27,561 nucleotides of DNA from Acidobacteriota bacterium (GTDB lineage: Bacteria > Acidobacteriota > UBA6911 > JACQSX01): assembly GCA_036507075.1 (NCBI GenBank), contig DASXQR010000039.1, positions 1 through 27,561 on the forward strand, read 5' to 3'. Below, one piece after another: positions 9,143-17,136 of the stretch (its first letter is position 1; each line of letters opens with the position of its first letter). Under the pieces are notes generated by a model. That model saw nothing but the letters and a program-made list of their open reading frames with translations. It was not told the origin of the DNA and searched no databases. A program made the position numbers and the translations under genes.

Positions 9143-10132
9143 TCAGACTGCAGCCTCGGGAAGAGCGTCGTGGTTCGTTTCCCGCCGGCTGTTCAGCAGT
9201 CTTCCCACCAGGTAGACCGCCACTCCGGTGGCCAGAATGGGAACGACAGCGCGACGGATTCCGGTTTTGGACAGCAACAGATGAAGGACCGACTCGATCG
9301 CTGTTACGCCTCCCAGCGCTCCGGCGGCCGCAATAATCGTATCCTTCTCCCAGCCGTCGGCGTAGATGTGGCTTAGTTTCAGGAACAAAGAAGCCTTCAT
9401 CAGAAGCGACAGGGCCCGCGCATTCCGATCTTTCCCCTTGGAGCTGAGGATTGCAGAAGCAATGCTGTTTTCTTCCAGGATTTCCTCGGCCAGTGTATCG
9501 CGGTACTCGGGATATTCGCGCGCCAGTGAAAACAGCAATTGGGGCTGCAATGCCAGAATCTCGCGCAAAAGACGGCGGATTCCCACCGGGCTCTTCAGTG
9601 AAATTCCGATCACATCTCTCGCCAGCAGCTTCCTGCTGTCGGAAACAACGCCCCGCGGGTCGACCACCTGGTCCAGTTTGTTCAACACTACGAGCGTTGG
9701 AATCCCCAGCTCGTCGATGGAATCAACCAGAGAAATGGTGCTGCGTGTGGGCTGCAACCTGGCATCCAGCACCAGCACAATCAGATCAGCGTGGGCCGCT
9801 GCGCGCAATGATCCGGCATCGCGGCCATACCCCACATACTCGTCAATACCGGGGAGGTCAATCACCGAAAAGATCCTGCTCATTCTGTGATTTCCGCCAA
9901 ACAACTGCCGCATCAAAGTTCGCTTGCCGGAATCCGCCACACCGAGAAAGACAACTTTAACGGAGCCTTTTTTCCAGAGATTCATTTCCTTTTGCAGCCA
10001 TTGCCAGGTGACATCCCAGCCAACCTCATTGCCCAGTTCGGAGAGCACCCGAACCATACGGCTGTGCAATTCCGGAGGCAAAACGGGCGCCAGCGCTTGC
10101 GTTAAACTCTGGATCTCAGACGTTGAGCTCAA
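9143..10132 (-). CDS. Era/HSR1-like P-loop GTPase-domain protein with a hydrophobic C-terminus
   Basis: G1-like GVADSGKRT, G3 DLPG, DLIVLVLDA and G4 NKLD, followed by two hydrophobic C-terminal segments. TTG start with GAGGGA RBS. Confidence 0.7.
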   Translation of the reverse strand: MSSTSEIQSLTQALAPVLPPELHSRMVRVLSELGNEVGWDVTWQWLQKEMNLWKKGSVKVVFLGVADSGKRTLMRQLFGGNHRMSRIFSVIDLPGIDEYVGYGRDAGSLRAAAHADLIVLVLDARLQPTRSTISLVDSIDELGIPTLVVLNKLDQVVDPRGVVSDSRKLLARDVIGISLKSPVGIRRLLREILALQPQLLFSLAREYPEYRDTLAEEILEENSIASAILSSKGKDRNARALSLLMKASLFLKLSHIYADGWEKDTIIAAAGALGGVTAIESVLHLLLSKTGIRRAVVPILATGVAVYLVGRLLNSRRETNHDALPEAAV

Positions 10133-10262
10133 TTCTTCCCTCTATGGATTCAGCGCTCTCACTCCATTTTCCACATTGAGGCGCATTTTGCAAATCATGC
10201 TGAGCTTTCCGCAGATGTGTGTCAAACTTCGCCCCCAGGGCCGCGACCGGAAAGGATCGGGA

Positions 10263-10400
10263 TTGCCACGAAGACACGAAGACACGAAGGTCAATAAATC
10301 AGTCAGGAGTTCCACTTCTGCGATATCCCGGATTGGGTTGCCAGGAGTGCCACTTCACAGCAGAACAACCATCCTTCGTGGCTTCGCGGCTTCGTGGCAA
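10263..10400. repeat. MITE/REP-like family A, full-length copy (138 bp) in reverse orientation
   Basis: Aligns over its whole length with the reverse complement of 5771-5908. Confidence 0.88.
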
Positions 10401-10470
10401 ATTGAAGATCGAAAGTCGAAAATCCCCGAGATGTCAGAATTCAGTAGTGGGTCAGTTTGAATTCCGAAGT

Positions 10471-10562
10471 CTCGGCGAAACCTCAGCGTTCTTTGCGACC
10501 TTGCGGTGAATTCCGACGCCTTTCGCCGCAGAGTCGCAGAAAAATGCTGAGCTTGCGCTGAG
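10471..10562. repeat. Repeat family B, two arms in back-to-back arrangement
   Basis: ...GCGTTCTTTGCGACCTTGCGGTGAA (to 10510) and TTCGCCGCAGAGTCGCAG... (from 10522) match the arms of 26109-26199. Confidence 0.65.
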
Positions 10563-10712
10563 AAGCCTGCTAGTGCTTATGCGCCACTACGCTCGAATCT
10601 GCTGCTGAAGCAGCCGGTGATAAGCAAGCCAAAAAAAGGATGTTACAATCGGCGATGCGTATTGTTTGAAATGTTGCGTCGTTAAACCTGTCCCGTTTTG
10701 AGGGTTTTCAGC

Positions 10713-11543
10713 ATGCGTGTTTCCCGGATCATTTTCACTTTGGTAGATTTGACTTTGTGCGTCAGCACGGGCCCACTTTTTGGCGAGGTTCGTGCGGTTC
10801 CGGTTGTAAACCTGACGAATTCGGAAGATGCATCGGCCCCGTCCGCGCCCGCTGCAACCGCCGATCCGACACAACCGACACCGCCCGTGGGATCCGAGCG
10901 GTTCACTCTCTGGAGCGCTGTCCGAAATATACCGTCCGATCAGGCCGCGATGTGGACAAGCCCGTTTCGCACTGGGCGAAAAGACCTGGTGTGGCTGCTG
11001 CCGATTGCGGCGGGAACCGCGGTGTTTAGAAGCACCGATAAAAAGGCTGCCAGAAAGTTGGGGAACTCCGATAGGGTTCTGGGAATCAGCACAGATGTTT
11101 CGCGGCTGGGATCTGGATACGCTGACATGGGAGCTGCCGCCGTGTTTTACGCCGTTGGGAAACTCACCGGAAATGAGCGCGCACGCGAAATCGGATTGCT
11201 CGCCGGCGAATCGATTATCAACGCCGTGCTGATCGTTGACGCGCTCAAATTAATGACGAATCGTCAGAGGCCTGATCATCGGTTACACGAAGGTCGTTTC
11301 TGGGGACGAGGAGAGTCGTTTCCCTCGGGTCACGCAGGGATGAGCTGGGCGCTCGCCGCGGTGCTGGCTGAACAATACCCCAGTCCCTGGGTCAGGGTAG
11401 GCGTGTACGGCTGGGCCTCGGCTGTCGCCCTCTCACGGTTTACCGACCAGAAACACTACCCCTCGGATATTGTCGTGGGCAGCGCGATCGGATACCTGGT
11501 CGGTCACTACGTAGTAAAACACCATCGCCGCTCGCGGCCTTAA
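10713..11543 (+). CDS. PAP2 superfamily membrane phosphatase
   Basis: All three PAP2 motifs are present: KLMTNRQRP, SFPSGH and SRFTDQKHYPSD. Start is uncertain (ATG 10713 chosen). Confidence 0.88.
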   Translation: MRVSRIIFTLVDLTLCVSTGPLFGEVRAVPVVNLTNSEDASAPSAPAATADPTQPTPPVGSERFTLWSAVRNIPSDQAAMWTSPFRTGRKDLVWLLPIAAGTAVFRSTDKKAARKLGNSDRVLGISTDVSRLGSGYADMGAAAVFYAVGKLTGNERAREIGLLAGESIINAVLIVDALKLMTNRQRPDHRLHEGRFWGRGESFPSGHAGMSWALAAVLAEQYPSPWVRVGVYGWASAVALSRFTDQKHYPSDIVVGSAIGYLVGHYVVKHHRRSRP

Positions 11544-11561
11544 CAGAAGTCGACTGGGAAC

Positions 11562-11873
11562 TCACTTTATCACTGCAATCTTTGCGATCAATCGCCCGCC
11601 GAGAAACGCGCTTGCGGTGCGCCTGAGATGCGGATTTCTGATTCTTCTTACCTTCGGGTGCAACCATTCCTCAAGTACTCCCAACCCAAATCCGGCAGTG
11701 GGAGTGACCAGCAAGTCTACCGGCGAGGTGCGCATGTTGCCGAGGGCCGCTTCCCCAAACGGTCCCAGCTCGTGCTGAGTGGAATAAAGGACGCCCCACC
11801 AAAATGCCTGTTTGCGGGAAGCGCCGTTGCGGCGAGCGATCCGGTAGGGCGGGATCCCTGAACTATTGTTCAA
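11562..11873 (-). CDS. Small hypothetical membrane protein, possibly a C-terminal fragment of a larger protein
   Basis: Protein-like hydrophobic sequence (FWWGVLYSTQHELGPFGEAALGN...VDLLVTPTAGFGLGVLEE). TTG start overlaps the end of the RND fragment. Confidence 0.4.
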   Translation of the reverse strand: MNNSSGIPPYRIARRNGASRKQAFWWGVLYSTQHELGPFGEAALGNMRTSPVDLLVTPTAGFGLGVLEEWLHPKVRRIRNPHLRRTASAFLGGRLIAKIAVIK

Positions 11874-12468
11874 GCCCCGTCACTGATTTCGCCTCACCAA
11901 TCTTATTGCTCTTACTGCCAAACCGAGCGTACACAGCCGGTACGACGATCATGTTCAGCGCGGTCGAAGAAAACAGTCCAAAGAGAATCACGATGGCCAT
12001 CGGCGCCTGGATTTCGCTGCCGGGCTTGCCGATTCCCATCGCCACGGGAACCAGCGCCAGCCCAGCGGCCATCGCGGTCATAAGAATCGGCGCCAAACGC
12101 TCGGAAGCACCTCTCACGACGGCTTCGTAAAAATCTGACACGCCTTCCACTTCTATCAAGTGCTTGATATGCGATACGAGCATGATGCCATTACGGGTCG
12201 CGATACCAAACAACGTAATAAAACCGATCAGTGAAGCGACTGAAAGCACGCCTCCCGCGGCGAAAACTCCGGCCACACCACCGATGAGGGCCAGCGGAAG
12301 ATTGAGCATGATGATGAGAGCGTCGCGAATCGAGCGAAACGCCGTCATCAGGATGTCAAGAATGCCCGCGGTAACGGCCATCCCGAGCCATAACAACCGT
12401 CTGGACGCGCTCGCCTCGGTTTCGAACTGCCCGCCGTATTCGATCCGGTATCCGTGAGGTAACTGCAC
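11863..12468 (-). pseudogene. 3' fragment of a CusA/CzcA heavy-metal RND efflux permease
   Basis: Only the last ~200 aa of a family normally >1000 aa: LP.GY.IEYGGQFE, NLPLALIGG, SVASLIGFITLFGIATRNGI, ERLAPILMTA and EIQAPMA. No upstream continuation. Confidence 0.88.
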
Positions 12469-12519
12469 AGATGTATGTGGCTGCCCGATCGAATAAGCTC
12501 TTTAATGAGGGAAACGGCT

Positions 12520-12582
12520 GTGCGGATACTGGTTGTAGAAGACGAGAAAAAAGTCGCCCGGGCTCTCCAGGAGGATGAGTGA
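12520..12582 (+). pseudogene. 5' remnant of an OmpR-family (CusR/CzcR-like) response regulator
   Basis: GTG start after a GAGGGA RBS, translating VRILVVEDEKKVARALQEDE*. This is a typical receiver-domain N-terminus cut off after ~18 residues. Confidence 0.75.
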
Positions 12583-12655
12583 AAATGTGACGGTTTCGGG
12601 CGTGCTCGTCAGCAAAGGTGGAACGCGGATGATTTACGTTAAGTCCGTGAAATAG
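12575..12655 (+). pseudogene. Probable 3' remnant of a small beta-rich protein
   Basis: Translates as MSENVTVSGVLVSKGGTRMIYVKSVK*, an alternating beta-strand pattern ending shortly before the DUF1259 RBS. Confidence 0.4.
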
Positions 12656-12712
12656 CTCTCGCCGGCCGCGAAGCTCATTTTCAATCGCTGCCGATAAGTT
12701 CAAGAGGTTTAT

Positions 12713-13648
12713 ATGAAAAGTCGATACCAAAACTGGAGGGGTGTCCAGATCTCTTCGTTCATATTCTTGCTGTTGCTTTCGTTTCTCAGCGCCCAGGATG
12801 TCACTCCGGCAGAATACCAACAGGTCTTCGGAATTCTCGGTAAACAGGGTGATTTCAAATCCAATGTTCTGAAGATCAACATTCCCAGAAACGATTTGAA
12901 GGTAACCGTTGCCGGCGTGGAAACTCCGACGCCCTTTGGTTTCGGCGGCTGGCTCGCCATGACCAAGGGCGACGGAGGACACGAAGTGATGATGGGCGAT
13001 CTCGTTCTCCTCGAAGATGAAGTGAATCCCGTGATGTCGGCGCTGCTTGACAACGGACTGCAGGTCACGGCATTGCACAATCATTTCTTCTTTGAACAGC
13101 CCCGGATCTTTTACATGCACGTGATGGGACACGGCACGGCAGCGGATCTGGCCCGAATGGCCAAACCGGCGTTGGATCTGATCGGTCGTGCCCCGAACAG
13201 TGGCGGCGCTTCCACGCCGAAAATAACTCTCAAGCCGGGAAAACTGGACACGGCCCGCATCGCTCAAATCGTCGGCCGCCAGGGCGAGCAAAACGGCGCA
13301 GTGTACAAGATAACCGTCGGACGCGACGATTTGAAGATCAGGGAGATGGGCGCCGCCATCAATGCACGGATGGGATTGAACACGTGGGCCGCCTTTGTCG
13401 GCACCGACGATGATGCGGCAATCGCCGGTGACGTGGCGATGCTGGAGAAGGAAGTCACGCCCGTGCTGAAGACGCTTCGCAGCAGCGGCATTGATGTCGT
13501 GGCCATCCACCATCACATGATCGAGTCTCGTCCCGTCGTCATATTCCTGCATTATTGGGGGCGAGGGCCGGTGGAGACGCTGGCCACGGCGTTTCGATCG
13601 GCACTCGATCAGCTCGGGAAACAAGCGCCTAAAGAGACGCGACGTTGA
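12713..13648 (+). CDS. DUF1259 (LppY/LpqO-like) exported protein with two tandem domains
   Basis: Signal peptide. Repeated GD...LE.EV.PV...L...G..V.A.H.H motif (ALHNHFF and AIHHHMI), then FYMH and FLHYWGRG. AGAGG RBS. Confidence 0.88.
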   Translation: MKSRYQNWRGVQISSFIFLLLLSFLSAQDVTPAEYQQVFGILGKQGDFKSNVLKINIPRNDLKVTVAGVETPTPFGFGGWLAMTKGDGGHEVMMGDLVLLEDEVNPVMSALLDNGLQVTALHNHFFFEQPRIFYMHVMGHGTAADLARMAKPALDLIGRAPNSGGASTPKITLKPGKLDTARIAQIVGRQGEQNGAVYKITVGRDDLKIREMGAAINARMGLNTWAAFVGTDDDAAIAGDVAMLEKEVTPVLKTLRSSGIDVVAIHHHMIESRPVVIFLHYWGRGPVETLATAFRSALDQLGKQAPKETRR

Positions 13649-15828
13649 TGCGCCAGACATATTGCTTCGGTTCCATGGCGCTGGTCGTGACACTGACCCT
13701 GACATCCGGGGATGCGTTTGCTGACGACGCGGCGCATAAAATCAATGCCGAACGAATCGCCAACAGCATGCATCTAGACGGACTACTGGACGAAGCGGAA
13801 TGGCGAACAGCATCGGTCGCGCGACTGGTGCAGCAATCCCCCAAGCCTGGAGAAGCGAGTCCGTACGACACGGAAGTGCGCGTGTTGCTCAAGGGCAGCG
13901 ACCTTTACTTCGGCTTCCGATGTGGCGATCCTGCGCCTGACCAGATCGCGGTCCATACATTGCAGCGCGACGGTAATGTCCGCGGGGACGATACCGTCGC
14001 CGTTGCGCTGGATACCTACGGCGACAAGCGCATGGGCTACTTTTTCCGTGTAAACGCCGCCGGGGCCCGAATCGATGGCCTCATCTCAGACCCGCAGCAT
14101 CCTTTCCTGGACTGGGACGGTATCTGGGACGCCCGCACGGCACGCTCACCGGGCGGCTGGTCTGCAGAAATTGTGATTCCATCGCGCACGTTGAACTTCA
14201 CCTCGGGCCTTGCCGCCTGGGGCGTCAATTTCGAACGCATCATTGCGCGCGATCGGACGACCCTGCGCTGGGCTGCTCCTGTGCTGGATGCATTTTTCTA
14301 TGACCTGAGCCGCGCCGGTACATTGAGCGGCATAGAGGAGCTAAAGCACGGGATCGGAATAGATTTCAGCCCTTACCTGATAGGCCGGACGAAGGAATTT
14401 TTCGGCGCGTCGCCGCGCGCGTGGCAGGGAACGGGCGGTATGGACTTCACCTGGCATACGACATCGCAGCTTGCCACAGTGTTGACGGTCAACACCGATT
14501 TTGCGGAGACCGAAGTTGATTCACGCCAGATCAATATCACCCGTTTTCCTTTATTCTTTCCGGAAAAGCGATCGTTTTTTCTGGAAGGATCCAACCAGTA
14601 TGTCTTCGGATTGAATCTCGGTTCGGCGTTCATTCCTTTCTTCACGCGCCGCGTCGGGTTGTATAACGGCCAGCAGGTTCCGATAAATGGCGGCATCAAA
14701 GTCAATGGACGGGTCGGCCGGTGGAATCTCGCATTGCTCGATGTTCAGACACGGGACAGCGATGTGGCTCCCGGCAGCAACCTTTTTGCTGGACGCGTCT
14801 CTTTCGATCTGACGCCGAAGCTTCGGGTCGGCTCCATTTTCACCAACGGCAGCCCGGACGGCGTGACAGATAACCGGCTTTCCGGTTTTGATGTGGTCTG
14901 GCGCACTTCCACTTTTGCCGGCAACAAGAACCTGCTTGTAGGCGGTTGGGCGGCTGTCGCAGCCGGAGACCTGCCAAGGGGCAATAGAGCCGGCATGGGT
15001 TTTGTCATTGATTATCCAAACGATCTGTTTGATTGCTCCGCTTTAATCAATGAATTCGGCGACGCCTTTCTTCCTGCCCTGGGCTTTCTGCCGCGGCCGG
15101 CAACGCGGCGTTATCGCATCGCATGTGATTATCGGCCCCGGCCGTCCAAAGAAGGTCCGTTTCGCTGGGTGCGCCAGCAATTCTTTGAGAATTCTTTTGA
15201 GCGGGTCGATAACCTGAAAGGCGTGACCGAGTCCTGGCGGTTCTTTATGGCCCCGGTGAACATTCGGACCGAATCGGGAGAGCATTTGGAATTCAACTGG
15301 GCTCCGCAGTACGAGTTTTTGCCGGAACCGTTTGATATCGGCGGTGTGACGCTTGCGCCAGGCGCATACCGGTTTACGCGTTGGCGGCTGGAAGCACAAA
15401 GCAGTGAGCATCGACGCATTCAGGCAGGGTCCACGACGTGGTTCGGATCTTTTTACGATGGAAATCTGACGCAGTGGGAAAATTACATCCGCTGGAATTC
15501 GCAAAGCGGTCAGTGGCAGATCGGGGTCAGCACGGAAAATAATTTCGGTCATTTGAAGCAGGGAAATTTCGCCCAACGATTATGGCAGCTCCAGTCGGCC
15601 TTCGCGCTTAATTCAAATCTGATGCTGACCAGTTTCATTCAGTACGACACTGAGTCGCAAAAAGTCGGCAGCAATACACGCCTTCGATGGACGCTCAAGC
15701 CCGGCAATGATCTCTTTATAATCTGGAATCGCGGCTGGCAAAGACTGATTACCAGTCGCGACGAACTGAGCCTGGTTCCCGATTCGGAGCTTTTGGCGAT
15801 CAAATTGAGATGGACCTTCAGAAGGTGA
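13648..15828 (+). CDS. CBM9-like plus DUF5916 outer-membrane beta-barrel protein
   Basis: Signal peptide. Motifs LDG.LDE.EW, WDGIWDA, GWSAEIVIP, NTDFAETEVD and FPLFFPEKRSFFLEG. TGATG overlap with the upstream gene. Confidence 0.85.
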   Translation: MRQTYCFGSMALVVTLTLTSGDAFADDAAHKINAERIANSMHLDGLLDEAEWRTASVARLVQQSPKPGEASPYDTEVRVLLKGSDLYFGFRCGDPAPDQIAVHTLQRDGNVRGDDTVAVALDTYGDKRMGYFFRVNAAGARIDGLISDPQHPFLDWDGIWDARTARSPGGWSAEIVIPSRTLNFTSGLAAWGVNFERIIARDRTTLRWAAPVLDAFFYDLSRAGTLSGIEELKHGIGIDFSPYLIGRTKEFFGASPRAWQGTGGMDFTWHTTSQLATVLTVNTDFAETEVDSRQINITRFPLFFPEKRSFFLEGSNQYVFGLNLGSAFIPFFTRRVGLYNGQQVPINGGIKVNGRVGRWNLALLDVQTRDSDVAPGSNLFAGRVSFDLTPKLRVGSIFTNGSPDGVTDNRLSGFDVVWRTSTFAGNKNLLVGGWAAVAAGDLPRGNRAGMGFVIDYPNDLFDCSALINEFGDAFLPALGFLPRPATRRYRIACDYRPRPSKEGPFRWVRQQFFENSFERVDNLKGVTESWRFFMAPVNIRTESGEHLEFNWAPQYEFLPEPFDIGGVTLAPGAYRFTRWRLEAQSSEHRRIQAGSTTWFGSFYDGNLTQWENYIRWNSQSGQWQIGVSTENNFGHLKQGNFAQRLWQLQSAFALNSNLMLTSFIQYDTESQKVGSNTRLRWTLKPGNDLFIIWNRGWQRLITSRDELSLVPDSELLAIKLRWTFRR

Positions 15829-15977
15829 CCATCGAGTCAAATACGATCGTTGAACCGACCGAAATTAAGGACCAACTTCCTTCGTCCCGTACGGCAATTG
15901 CGGCAATGGCGGGGGGTGTAATGTATGCGCTGATTCGACACGGCACTTGGTTCAAGTTTTGATAATGACATTTCTAC

Positions 15978-16005
15978 TTGCTATTCATTGCAAAATTGAT
16001 ATGCT
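15978..16005 (+). promoter_or_regulatory. Possible sigma70 promoter for the decaheme/porin operon
   Basis: TTGCTA-N16-TATGCT with an extended -10 TG, in an AT-rich intergenic region. Confidence 0.3.
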
Positions 16006-16068
16006 TCGCGTCAAATTTTGTGTGTTTAAGGTTTTTCCGGGCCACAAAGCATCTCGCAGTCTGAACGA

Positions 16069-17127
16069 ATGACGGGAAGCGAATTGCGTGGATGGGAATC
16101 TAAATCAACCGACACGACGGAGAGGGACGCTCTCCGATGCCTTGAGTGCGTCGTATTTCTTTTTTGCCGCTGTTTGAAACCGGGGCAGCGCCGTTACGGA
16201 AACGCTATTAAGTTTGTCTTCCAAACTTCGGTTCTCCTATCTTTATCTTTACTAGCAGGCTCTCATGCAGCCGCCTCGGCTGTTCAAGCAGTTTCCCAGG
16301 CAAAAACGTCGGATTATAAGGAAACCTGGGAGAAATGCGCCCAATGTCATGATGACACGGTGAAGGATTTTTCGCGCGACGTTCACGGCAAGAGCGCCAG
16401 ATTTCTTTCCGGATCACGAGCAGCCAACTGCGAAACGTGTCACGGCGATCCAACCAAGCACGTGGAAACTACGGAAGCCAAAGATATCCTCAATCCCGCC
16501 AAGATGAAGCCTTACGTGGCAAACGAGACTTGCCTGAGTTGCCACGCAAGGGACCAGCGACGAATGTTCTGGCACAGCAGCCAACATGAAAACAACAAAA
16601 TGAGTTGTTTGAGTTGTCACAGGATGCACCATTCCCCGTCTGAGGAAAAAAAGCTGGCGAAGCGTACCGAAGAAGAATTATGTCTCTCCTGCCATACCGA
16701 CAAACGAAAAGCGTTCTACCAGCGCTCCACCCACTTGTTTCGCACTGAGCACTGGAATATGAAGGTTGGGTGTGCATCCTGCCACAACCCCCACGGGGGT
16801 GAGGCGGGAAGGATGCTTGTGTCGCGCTCGGTCAATGATCTTTGTTATACCTGCCATGCCGAAAAACGCGGCCCCTTTCTCTGGGAACATGCGCCGGTTC
16901 GCGAAAACTGTCTCAACTGTCACTCGCCCCATGGAACGAGCAATCCCAAGCTGCTCACAAACCGAGTTCACCTGATATGCCAGCAGTGCCATATTCATAT
17001 GTTGCCGCGCCATCAGACCGCCGCCGGAAAACCTCTGGACATATGGTCCATAAATCGCGGCTGTGCCAATTGCCACTCCCAGGTCCATGGCTCAAATCAT
17101 CCGTCGGGCAGAACTTTTACGCGCTAA
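16069..17127 (+). CDS. Periplasmic decaheme c-type cytochrome, DmsE/MtrA/MtoA/PioA family
   Basis: Ten CXXCH motifs (CAQCH, CETCH, CLSCH x3, CASCH, CYTCH, CLNCH, CQQCH, CANCH). Family-typical HAEKRGPFLWEHAPV and HSQVHGSNHPSG. Signal-like segment present; true start may be TTG 16174. Confidence 0.95.
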   Translation: MTGSELRGWESKSTDTTERDALRCLECVVFLFCRCLKPGQRRYGNAIKFVFQTSVLLSLSLLAGSHAAASAVQAVSQAKTSDYKETWEKCAQCHDDTVKDFSRDVHGKSARFLSGSRAANCETCHGDPTKHVETTEAKDILNPAKMKPYVANETCLSCHARDQRRMFWHSSQHENNKMSCLSCHRMHHSPSEEKKLAKRTEEELCLSCHTDKRKAFYQRSTHLFRTEHWNMKVGCASCHNPHGGEAGRMLVSRSVNDLCYTCHAEKRGPFLWEHAPVRENCLNCHSPHGTSNPKLLTNRVHLICQQCHIHMLPRHQTAAGKPLDIWSINRGCANCHSQVHGSNHPSGRTFTR

Positions 17128-17136
17128 GAGGACCAG

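Noticed and set aside
2542..10400. Short tandem repeats as a possible CRISPR array
   Set aside because: Units are 7-8 nt arranged as inverted arms, with no unique spacers and no cas genes.
12356..13705. 449-aa - strand ORF
   Set aside because: Antisense to DUF1259 and spanning the scar region; no protein-family features.
15958..16015. Fur-like (GATAATGAC) and FNR-like (TTGAT...TCAA) sites upstream of the decaheme gene
   Set aside because: Only half-site matches or wrong spacing; not supportable without comparative data.
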